A DNA stretch of 64,000 nt from the NCBI GenBank assembly GCA_963696535.1, contig CAVOKP010000006.1, forward strand, positions 30,812 to 94,811, written 5' to 3'. The position numbers and the translations under genes were made by a program. Of this stretch, positions 1-8,354 are shown in pieces (positions within the stretch are counted from its first letter, which is position 1; the number at the start of each line of letters is the position of its first letter). The notes beneath the pieces were generated by a model, which had not been told where the DNA came from, did no database searches, and was given only the letters and a program-made list of their open reading frames with translations. This DNA is from an uncultured Bacteroidales bacterium (lineage in GTDB: Bacteria > Bacteroidota > Bacteroidia > Bacteroidales > VadinHA17).

Positions 1-1556
1 AATTCATTCCTATCGCTGAAATCATGTGTTATATCATCCTCTACAACTTTGGAAGGTGACAGGCCATCATAATAACCACCTGCGTTTTGTGAGTTGAGTG
101 TTTCAAATACAACAGGCAGGAAAGTATAACTGGTGCCAATATTCCAGGTTTCCATTCCAACTGGCTTTCCATATGTTGTATCTCCAATTGTCACAAGATC
201 CATGTAGGGCTTCAGACAGTTGATCAGAAGTTCAGAAGCAGAGGCAGTCTCATGTGATGTTATCACTACCAGCTTTTGAAGAACAGGTGCATTGCTGAGA
301 GTAATAAAATTTAAGAAATAATTTTTTACCTGGTGCCTGTCATTAAACTGAAGTTTAGTAAACAAGTTTCCTGTTTGAATATTACCTGCAATGTAGCTTG
401 CCAGTGTCTGGGCAATGGAAATGTCTCCGCCTGGATTATACCTCAGATCAAGTATCAGGTTTTTAATCATGCAGGAATTGAAATATTCAAATACTATCCG
501 GAGCTCATCAGTTGCCGGGTTAAAGAATGAGTCAAATACAAGATGCCCTGTTATTCCGCCTGAAAGATGAAGTGTATCATATTTCAAAACCGTATTAATT
601 GTGAATGGGGCTTTAGTGGACCTTATTTCTTCCAACTCTCCCGAAGGTTTCTGAAACAGGAAGGCATTTGTGACCCCTGCTTCACGAGGACCAAGAAGAT
701 CAGATATTGCTTTGTTATCGCCCAAACTGAAAATTGGATTAACATCCGCATTGTTTATCTTCTTTACAATCCACCCTCTCCTTACACCACAGGCAAAGAG
801 AGGAGAATTCTTATATATCTTTACAATCCGGACATTTCCTCCCTGGTCCATTCTGAGATCGATTCCATGACCAACGAACTCACCATATAAAATTGCATGC
901 CATTCATTAAATGTGGTGATAAAGCTAAACCTGTCTAGATGTTTATATCTCATTGCCTCAAGTAATGAATTTGGATCCTTGTAATTAGCTTTTTCAGAAG
1001 AAGTAATACCGGCAGCTTCGGGCATATTATACCAATAGTAGTAATCCTTCATGATATTGAAAACGCTGTCTCTTGCCATCAAAGGCGTAACAATAGCTCC
1101 AGAGCAATCTGTACTTACAGGTTCAATATTAAATGTCCTTATTTCGGACCATCCGCCCCATTCTCCATTAAGGAATCCACATACTTTCCATGTCCAGCCG
1201 GAAAGGTTCTTCTTAATAAATGTATTAGTGACAAACTGATATATTGTACTACTGACCTCAACATCGATTAGTGGAGTAATTTCAGCTGGACCAGTTACAA
1301 ATAGCCGGTATTTGGTTGAGCTGCCACATCCTAGCCATTTAAAGGTCCAGAGCATTAAATCTTTATTGTAACTGAAGCAGCCATTATCCAGAATATCATT
1401 ATTATTAGGTGAGATAAGTCCTGGAATGCAAGACGTATCCGTAGTATCTCCAGGATCATTCCCTTCTTCTTCTTCCTTACAACTTTTGCTTGTAAATAAT
1501 ATCAATCCGGTCAATAAAATCAAAAGAACAGCCGATCTTTTGTTTCCCGTTTTCAT
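1..1556 (-). CDS. S41 family peptidase (C-terminal processing / tail-specific protease-like) lipoprotein; 3' end cut by window edge
   Basis: Absent from the ORF track because it runs off the window. My reverse-strand translation from the ATG at 1556-1554 stays open to base 1. It gives MKTGNKRSAVLLILLTGLILFTSKSC (signal peptide plus lipobox Cys), a PDZ-like segment GHGIDLRMDQGGNVRIVKIYKNSPLFACGVRRGWIVKKINN, and S41 motifs LILDLRYNPGGD and TSHETASASELLINCLK..GDTTYGKP. Confidence 0.8.
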   Translation of the reverse strand, partial: MKTGNKRSAVLLILLTGLILFTSKSCKEEEEGNDPGDTTDTSCIPGLISPNNNDILDNGCFSYNKDLMLWTFKWLGCGSSTKYRLFVTGPAEITPLIDVEVSSTIYQFVTNTFIKKNLSGWTWKVCGFLNGEWGGWSEIRTFNIEPVSTDCSGAIVTPLMARDSVFNIMKDYYYWYNMPEAAGITSSEKANYKDPNSLLEAMRYKHLDRFSFITTFNEWHAILYGEFVGHGIDLRMDQGGNVRIVKIYKNSPLFACGVRRGWIVKKINNADVNPIFSLGDNKAISDLLGPREAGVTNAFLFQKPSGELEEIRSTKAPFTINTVLKYDTLHLSGGITGHLVFDSFFNPATDELRIVFEYFNSCMIKNLILDLRYNPGGDISIAQTLASYIAGNIQTGNLFTKLQFNDRHQVKNYFLNFITLSNAPVLQKLVVITSHETASASELLINCLKPYMDLVTIGDTTYGKPVGMETWNIGTSYTFLPVVFETLNSQNAGGYYDGLSPSKVVEDDITHDFSDRNE

Positions 1557-1973
1557 ACTGATTGATTACAACTCAACAAAATTACTTCACCAAGATGTCA
1601 AAGTCAAGTTTATTTTGAAATCATCCCATGTGTCCTGTTTAAAGGGCGTATTTTAGGGCATATATTAAAAGTGATACTTTGCTATCACTTTGACCTCTTA
1701 TTTGGAGCGGGGGAAGACACAATATGACATGTCAGGTAAGAAATGGCATACGAATCCCTTGAATACTAGGAATGGTACACATATCAGTTACATGTAGGTG
1801 CCTGCAAGGGAATTTGTTTTGGCTAGTATTTACCGTTACTCAAAAGAGTTTCCTTAACGCAAATAGACCTTGGACATAACGCAGAGGCTAGCTTATCACA
1901 CGCAAGGGAAATGAACAGTTATACATGTTTGTTCTTTATTTATTGGTTACTTACTTCGCAAAAGTTATATTTT

Positions 1974-4443
1974 TCATTCAAACGAAATATTTTTTGGATT
2001 CTTTACCTTTTGCTTAAGAAGAGAAAGCTCAAGTACCTCCATAATTGTATCAACATAGTGAAATTTGAGTCCTTCAATATATATTTCCTTGATTTCTCCC
2101 ACATCCTTCCTGTTCTCTTCCGAGACAATTATATCCTTTATCTTTGAGCGCTTTGCGGCAAGGATCTTTTCCTTGATTCCTCCCACCGGGAGCACTTTTC
2201 CCCTCAAGTGTTATCTCTCCGGTCATCGCAAGGTATTTTTTTACCTTTCTCTGTGTAAAAGCCGAAGCAATCGATGCAGCCATGGTTATCCCGGCCGAGG
2301 GTCCGTCCTTTGGTATTGCTCCCTCGGGGACATGGATATGAATGTTCCACTTTTCCGCAAAATTATCCGGAAGATCAAGGAGCTCGGCGTTTGATTTGAG
2401 GTATTCGAGAGCGATCACTGCCGATTCCTTCATTACCTCCCCAAGGTTACCTGTGAGGGTTAGCTTGCCTGTTCCCCTGCTGAGGCTTGTTTCGACAAAT
2501 AATATTTCTCCGCCTGCTGCGGTCCAGGCAAGCCCGGTAACCACCCCGGCCTGGTCATTTCCTGCATAGAGGTCGCGGATGAATTTCGGAGGTCCGAGAA
2601 TCGATGTCAGAACATCCTCTGAAAGCTCGGTTTCATATACTGTTTCCGATGCGATATTTTTGGCTGTCACCCTTACTATCTTTGCCAGCTTCTTATCCAG
2701 CTCCCTTACCCCCGACTCTCTTGTGTATTTATCGATTATAATTTCCATGACTCTTTTCCCGATATTGAGCTGGTCGGGTTTAACGCCATGGTTTTCAAGT
2801 TGTTTTGGCAGAAGGTGCTGACGGGCAATCTCAAGCTTCTCCTCTACCAGGTAGCCGGTTATTTCAATAAGCTCCATCCTGTCCCTCAAGGCAGGGCTGA
2901 CAGTTGAAAGAGTGTTCGCGGTGGCAATGAACAGGACCTTTGATAGGTCGTACTCCATTTCAAGGAAGTTATCGAAGAAGGTACTGTTCTGTTCAGGGTC
3001 GAGTACTTCAAGAAGCGCTGATGACGGATCACCCCTGAAATCCTGTCCTACTTTGTCTATTTCGTCAAGTATGAATACCGGGTTCGATGATCCTGCTCTC
3101 TTGAGGTTCTGTATTATTCGTCCCGGCATTGCCCCGATATATGTCTTTCTGTGTCCCCTGATCTCTGCCTCATCATGCAACCCCCCGAGTGACATTCTGA
3201 CATACTTTCTGCTTAAAGCCTTTGCAACGGATTTTCCAAGCGATGTTTTGCCAACCCCGGGAGGCCCGTAAAGACAGAGTATCGGAGATTTCAGGTCGCC
3301 CTTAAGCTTGAGGACAGCCAGATGCTCAAGAATTCTTTCCTTTACCTCGTCAAGGCCGAAATGATCTTCGTCAAGCACCCTTCTTGCATTGTTCAGGTCA
3401 AGATTGTCCTCGGTGCAGAAACCCCACGGAAGATCCAGAAGTGTCTGAACATAGTTGACCTGAACCGAATATTCCGCAGCTGCAGGATTCAGACGGCTTA
3501 GTTTGCCGAGCTCCCTGTCAAAGGTACTCCTTACTTCAGCTGTCCATTTTTTGGTCTCTGCCTTTTTCCTGTACTCTTCAATCTCCTTTTCGACCGGATT
3601 GCCTCCAAGTTCATTCTGTATAGTCTTCATCTGCTGGTGAAGCAGGAACTCCCTCTGCTGCTGGTCAAGGTCGCTCTTTACCTTTGACTGTAATTCGTTC
3701 TTAAGCTCGAGGACCTGTATCTCCTGCACAAGAAACTCAAGGAGCATAAAACCCCTGTCGCGCAGACTGTTAACCTCCAGAAGTTTCTGCTTGTCCTGCA
3801 CCTTGATATCGGTATTGGAGCAGATGAAATTAATAAGATATGTGTTGTTCTCAATATTCTTTATCGCAAATGAAGCTTCGGGACTTATATTGGGATTGAT
3901 CTTTATTATCTTGAGTGACAGGTCTTTCAGGGATCCGACGATTGCATCAAAATCCTTGTTCGGGATTTCGGGCCTGATCTCGGGAATTGTTCTGACCCTT
4001 GCGATAAAATAGGGTGTGTCGGAAATCAGTTCATTCAGGACCATCCGTTTACGTCCCTGTATAATAGCAGTGGTCGATCCGTCGGGCATTTCGAGCAGTT
4101 TTACAATCTGCCCGATTGTGCCGATATTATGAAGCTCATCAAAAGTAGGGTTTTCGATATCAGGATCCTTCTGTGCAACAGTGCCGACAATTTTATCGGT
4201 CCGGTATGCTTCCTTTATGAGCTGTACCGACCTCGGGCGCCCGATTGAGATCGGGAGAACCACTCCCGGGAAAAGAACAGTGTTCCTCAGCGAAAGGATT
4301 GGGATAGAATCGGGAACATCGATATCCTCAAGATCGCCATCCTCACCGTCAGCAATAATGGGAACAATATCGCCGTCGCCGTCGAGCATATCGGGTATCA
4401 ATAGTTCACCGGCAGGCTTCCTTACTTTCTTTTCCATAGTCAA
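1974..4443 (-). pseudogene. lon: ATP-dependent Lon protease, interrupted by one frameshift (possibly an assembly indel)
   Basis: ORF 2074..4443 carries the Lon N-domain, Walker A GPPGVGKTS and the Ser site [11 protein letters not shown], then ends in a nonsense tail. ORF 1974..2207 ([19 protein letters not shown]...) is the normal Lon C-terminus in another frame. The junction is the GGGGAAAAG run at about 2196-2205. Removing one base gives about 823 aa. Confidence 0.9.
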
Positions 4444-4453
4444 CAGATGCTGT

Positions 4454-4461
4454 CAAATTTA
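4454..4461 (-). promoter_or_regulatory. Bacteroidota-type -7 promoter box (TAnnTTTG) upstream of lon
   Basis: The reverse strand reads TAAATTTG about 11 nt upstream of the lon ATG (4443). It matches the TAnnTTTG consensus described for Bacteroidetes sigma-A promoters. Confidence 0.35.
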
Positions 4462-4503
4462 CATAATATTTTTCATTGTGGGCAGGACAAGGATTTATGG
4501 AGA

Positions 4504-4530
4504 CAAAAAAAGGGGCTTCACATCAGCCCC
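4504..4530 (-). terminator. Rho-independent terminator after rpmE2
   Basis: The reverse strand reads GGGGCT-GATGTGA-AGCCCC followed by TTTTTTT, starting about 25 nt after the rpmE2 stop codon. Confidence 0.7.
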
Positions 4531-4554
4531 AGTCAATATACCTTTACATGCTTA

Positions 4555-4818
4555 CTATTTCTTCTTGCCCACATGATCCTTGTACCGGTTCATGAATTTG
4601 TCAACCCTTCCGGCTGTATCTACAAGCTTCATCTTTCCGGTGTAAAAAGGATGGGATGTATTGGAGATCTCAAGCTTGATCAGCGGATATTCATTACCAT
4701 CTTCCCACTTTATGTTCTCTCTTGAAGGGGCAGTTGATTTTGTCAGGAATGAATAACCGTTTGACATGTCCTGAAAGACTACCAGCCTGTAATTAGTCGG
4801 ATGTATACCCTGTTTCAT
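4555..4818 (-). CDS. rpmE2: 50S ribosomal protein L31, type B (no Zn-ribbon cysteines)
   Basis: 87-aa [20 protein letters not shown]...HPFYTGK. This is the typical L31 signature, and it lacks the CxxC pair of type A. Confidence 0.9.
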   Translation of the reverse strand: MKQGIHPTNYRLVVFQDMSNGYSFLTKSTAPSRENIKWEDGNEYPLIKLEISNTSHPFYTGKMKLVDTAGRVDKFMNRYKDHVGKKK

Positions 4819-4888
4819 TGCTCTTGAATTTTATTCTTTTATTCTTTAATTTATAACCCGTAATTAGGGTTTGCAAAATTAATGAACA

Positions 4889-6166
4889 TTATTGGAAAAA
4901 CAAAACAGAATCAGAAATTATTGTCTGACGTTTTGAGATCACTGGTTCCTTATTACCATTCGATGCCATTTCGTCCTTGTACCTGACAAACTCAAGATTC
5001 TCATTTATCATATACCTGAATGTGATATGCGTTTTTGCCCTTGCAGCCCCCAGGGCTTCATATATTGCCGTCATTTTGGGATTAAAGTCGCCGACCCACG
5101 ACAGTTCAAGTTCCCTGTACCAGGGTTTGAGCTTAAACACCTGGTAAAGTTTGTAAAATATTGCTGATTCAACTCCGGCGTTCTGATGTGCAGGATGTAC
5201 TCCCCCGACAACCGCTCTCATCCTTGTCATTTTATGAGTGGATTTTGCCCATATGAACCTCAAAATGTTCCATGTATTAAGCCTGCCATTAAATGGTTTT
5301 ATTATCTGGTTCACATCGGGTAAGAGTATAAAGAAGGCTATCGGTTTTTCATTGAAATAGGCAAACCATATGATATCCTCATCGATTACAGCTTTCGCTT
5401 TCCGGAATACTTCATCGATAACTTCCGGAGCCAGCGAAATGAAATCCTCCTTGAAAACAGCCCAGGCTGAATTATAGATCTCGACAAAATCGCTGATGAA
5501 TTTGTCCTTCTTCCGGGACTCAAAATGGCTGAAAGAGTATCCGGGTCTTTTTGACAGCCAATCCGCAATTTTCATTATTCTGGGAGGGAATTCATTTATT
5601 TTCCCGTTACTGTCGCGGACCTCCCTGTGGTATGAATACTGTTCATAATAGTTCCTGAATCCATAGGCTTCATAGAATTCCCTGTAGTACTTTTTATTAT
5701 AGGGCATTCCATAGCCCTGCTGCATAAAACCGTCGACAAGAAGTCCCCAGTTGCTATCATTCTCCCCGAAGTTCACCGGTCCATCCATTGCCTCCATGCC
5801 ATGCGATGCGAGCCATTTTTTACCGGCATCAAAAAGAGCAAAAGCGGCTTCCCTGCTCTCGATGACCTCAAAAAACCCGATACCGCCTGTCTTCTGCCTG
5901 TAAACCGATGATCTCACCTTGTCGAAGAAGGCTGCCATCCTGCCTATTGTCGTTCCATTCTCATCCTTCAGAATACACCGGATCGCCTCCCCCTGCCTGA
6001 ACATTCTGTTCCTGTCAGGATCGAATATTGCCTCAAGCTCGGTATCAAGCATGCAAACCCAGTATGGATCATCCCTGTAAAGCCTCCGTGGGAAGTCAAG
6101 GAATTCCTTTCTGTCCGATGAAGTTTTAACTTCCGTTATATGCATCATAAAAAAGTTGACAGACAA
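4889..6166 (-). CDS. Conserved hypothetical protein, GNAT-like N-acetyltransferase fold suspected
   Basis: Uninterrupted 425-aa ORF. The real start is probably the internal MHITEVKT at 6145. The family assignment comes only from remembered resemblance to Bacteroidota proteins annotated as GNAT family. Confidence 0.55.
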   Translation of the reverse strand: MSVNFFMMHITEVKTSSDRKEFLDFPRRLYRDDPYWVCMLDTELEAIFDPDRNRMFRQGEAIRCILKDENGTTIGRMAAFFDKVRSSVYRQKTGGIGFFEVIESREAAFALFDAGKKWLASHGMEAMDGPVNFGENDSNWGLLVDGFMQQGYGMPYNKKYYREFYEAYGFRNYYEQYSYHREVRDSNGKINEFPPRIMKIADWLSKRPGYSFSHFESRKKDKFISDFVEIYNSAWAVFKEDFISLAPEVIDEVFRKAKAVIDEDIIWFAYFNEKPIAFFILLPDVNQIIKPFNGRLNTWNILRFIWAKSTHKMTRMRAVVGGVHPAHQNAGVESAIFYKLYQVFKLKPWYRELELSWVGDFNPKMTAIYEALGAARAKTHITFRYMINENLEFVRYKDEMASNGNKEPVISKRQTIISDSVLFFQ

Positions 6167-6194
6167 ATATAAACAAGAATAATTATAAAGGTAT

Positions 6195-6272
6195 CGGGCG
6201 TCAGGCGTCAGGCGTCGGGTGTCAGCGGGCAGGCCTTTGTTTTCCTGATGCCTGAGCCTGTCGCCCGTCGCC
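6195..6272. repeat. Periodic-arm hairpin: (GGCGTCA)n arm, loop, imperfect complementary arm
   Basis: The left arm is cgggcgtcaggcgtcaggcgtcgggtgtcagcgggcagg. The right arm is ctgatgcctgagcctgtcgcccgtcgcc. The 20-mer ggcgtcaggcgtcaggcgtc recurs at 44178-44197. Confidence 0.8.
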
Positions 6273-7626
6273 TATTTTATATCGATTATCCTGTGGTCGA
6301 TAAGTACAAAAAGCAGTCCGAGAAGGAATGAGTAGATAAGGTGGACCTTAACCGGGATATATTCGGTGGGCTTGATTTTCATTTTTACCCACAGATAGCC
6401 TACCAGATAAATTTTACTAATAAGGTAGACAATGAATGTGGCAAAGGCTACTCCGACGATATTGTAGCCCCATTTTATCATAAGCAGGCTGAGCGGGATA
6501 TTGAGCGCGATTTCCAGAACTGCAGCTATCAGAGTTATATGGGTCTTTTTCCGGCCCACAATTACTGTCTGCGGGAAAACAAGCCTGGGAATGACAAGCA
6601 GGGAATAAATAAGGAAGATGTCAGCGCTTTTCTGGAATTCGGGAGTGAACATCCTGGGGTACAACCATCTGGCAAAAAGCATTATAAGCATTGTGGCCGG
6701 AAAGCATATATGCATAAGGTTTTTCGATTTCGCCCTGATTTTTGCGAGCGATTCCTTCATCTGTGTCCTTGTGGAGAACTCGGGCAGCATTGCATTGCTC
6801 AGCCCGTTCGCAAGCATCAGGACAAGCGGGAACTCCTTAGCTCCATACCTGAACCATGCGAACCATCCCGGATCGCGGTAGACTGCCGATACAATAATGC
6901 CGTCGGTGTACTGTGCCGATCCGCTTATAAGAGTTGTCAATATCAGGGGAAGGCCGAGGTAGAGATGCTCTTTCATGAATTTTGCCGAGATCTTCATCTC
7001 GGTGTATCTCCTTAGCAAAATTATAAGCCAGATCCACCTTACTGCGGTTATTGCAAGCAAGTCCGTAAACCGACCAGATAAGCTCCTTCCCGAGAACAGC
7101 GGGAGCCAGGACGAGAATCAGCTGAAGCAGAGAATGTATAGATCCCGTACTGGAATATCCTGTGAGCCCGGTTATTAAGCAGATAGATGTATTCGATAAG
7201 GCAAACCGGACTGCTTAACAGCAGATAAAGAAGCAGAAGGTTAAGATATGGCACATTGCCGGAGAAATTGAAGACTGAAAAGCTGTGCTTCAATGCATGG
7301 CCGGCCACAAATATCAGAAGGCTGAAGAAGCACAGCAGCAGAAAAGCGTTGAAGATCTCCGGTGACTTTCCGGTGCCATTATCGCCCATCTTGCGGTATG
7401 TCCGGTTCCGGTGGTAGAGCGGAAGAAGTGACTGGATGATGCCGGTAACCCAGAAGAAGCTGATCAGTCCGGAAATAAACAGGAACATTTCCCACGTCCC
7501 GATATCGGCACGGGTGAGATGGATTTTTGTAAATACTATGCTGATTATCAAAAAGACAGTGAACTTCATCAGCTGAAAAAGCTGGAGCCCCGAAATATTA
7601 TCTATCAGTTTTATCTTTCTCAACAA
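6272..7626 (-). pseudogene. Wzx/MOP-superfamily polysaccharide flippase-like membrane protein, at least two frameshifts
   Basis: ORF 7048..7626 holds the N-terminal TM helices and ORF 6272..7060 the C-terminal TM helices. A third frame between about 7135 and 7060 reads a sensible TM segment, SLLQLILVLAPAVLGKELIWSVYGL, linking the two. Confidence 0.65.
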
Positions 7627-7794
7627 TGAAGGAAGTATTCAAAATCCACCTGATAACAACAAACAGCGATGTTAAATTGCGACGGAGGATTATTTTTTAC
7701 GAACACCAAAGTTAACAATTGAAACATCCCCGCAGAAAATAAAACCAAAATTTTGAGAATAGGAAATTTTGGGCTTATTTTGCACCCCTGATAC

Positions 7795-7869
7795 GGTGGA
7801 TGTAGTTCAGTTGGTTAGAACGTCGGATTGTGGTTCCGAAGGTCGTGGGTTCGAATCCCATCTTCCACC
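7795..7869 (+). tRNA. tRNA-His (anticodon GTG) with encoded G-1
   Basis: Hand-folded cloverleaf. G-1 at 7795. Acceptor GTGGATG/CTTCCAC with one mismatch. D stem GTTC/GAAC. Anticodon arm TCGGA-TTGTGGT-TCCGA. T arm GTGGG-TTCGAAT-CCCAT. Discriminator C at 7869. Confidence 0.93.
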
Positions 7870-7876
7870 CAGACAG

Positions 7877-7920
7877 AAAAGGCTGACCCCGCCAACGGGC
7901 GGGGGCCAGCCTTATTTTTT
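7877..7920 (+). terminator. Rho-independent terminator after tRNA-His
   Basis: GGCTGACCCCGCC-AACG-GGCGGGGGCCAGCC followed by TTATTTTTT. Confidence 0.75.
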
Positions 7921-7954
7921 AAGTGCGACGAAAACTCGTTTTCAGAAGCGAACT

Positions 7955-8004
7955 TAAAAAATAAGGCTGGAAATCACGACATGTCGTGATTCAGCCTTTT
8001 CTGT
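7955..8004. terminator. Second, bidirectional-looking hairpin (A-run, stem, T-run)
   Basis: AAAAAATAAGGCTGGAAATCACGAC-ATG-TCGTGATT-CAGCCTTTT. It shares the AAGGCTG/CAGCCTT stem base with the first hairpin. Confidence 0.5.
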
Positions 8005-8062
8005 CTGAAGTACCCCCCCGGGGATCGCCATCGGAGCGAAGCGAAGATGGCAATCCATTTCA

Positions 8063-8353
8063 GGCACGGATTGCAAATCCGCGCCAGCGTAAGGGGTGGA
8101 GGCACGGATTGCAAATCCGCGCCAGCGTAAGGGGTGGAGGCACGGATTGCAAATCCGCGCCAGCGTAAGTGATGGAGGCACGGATCACAAATCCGCACCA
8201 GCTTAAGGGATGGAGGCACGGATTGCAAATCCGCGCCAGCGAGGGGGTGGAGGCACGGATTACAAATCCGCGCCAGCATATGTGATGGAGGCACGGATCC
8301 AAATCCGCACCAGCTTAAGGGATGGAGGCACGGATTGCAAATCCGCGCCAGCT
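8063..8353. repeat. Tandem array of 8 copies of a 37-38 nt unit containing a hairpin
   Basis: Units start at 8063, 8101, 8139, 8177, 8215, 8252, 8290 and 8327. The core is GGCACGGATTGCAAATCCGCGCCAGCG (stem CGGATT/AATCCG). Linkers are 10-12 nt and similar to each other (TAAGGGGTGGA-like). Confidence 0.9.
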
Positions 8354-8354
8354 A

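Noticed and set aside
1557-1973. 417-nt non-coding gap between the S41 peptidase and lon as a candidate ncRNA (tmRNA, RNase P, 6S, SRP)
   Set aside because: I could not find any of the conserved boxes of these RNAs on either strand. Only a small hairpin (AAGTGATA..TATCACTT at about 1669-1690) is evident, which is insufficient evidence.
2074-2207. The C-terminal 45 aa of the 789-aa Lon ORF (..[24 protein letters not shown]..) as real sequence
   Set aside because: It is an out-of-frame read-through. The overlapping 77-aa ORF in the other frame carries the canonical Lon C-terminus.
8063-8353. Possible CRISPR array next to tRNA-His
   Set aside because: The segments between the 27-nt cores are only 10-12 nt long and nearly identical to each other, so this is a 38-nt tandem repeat and not repeats with unique spacers. 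No cas genes are in the window.
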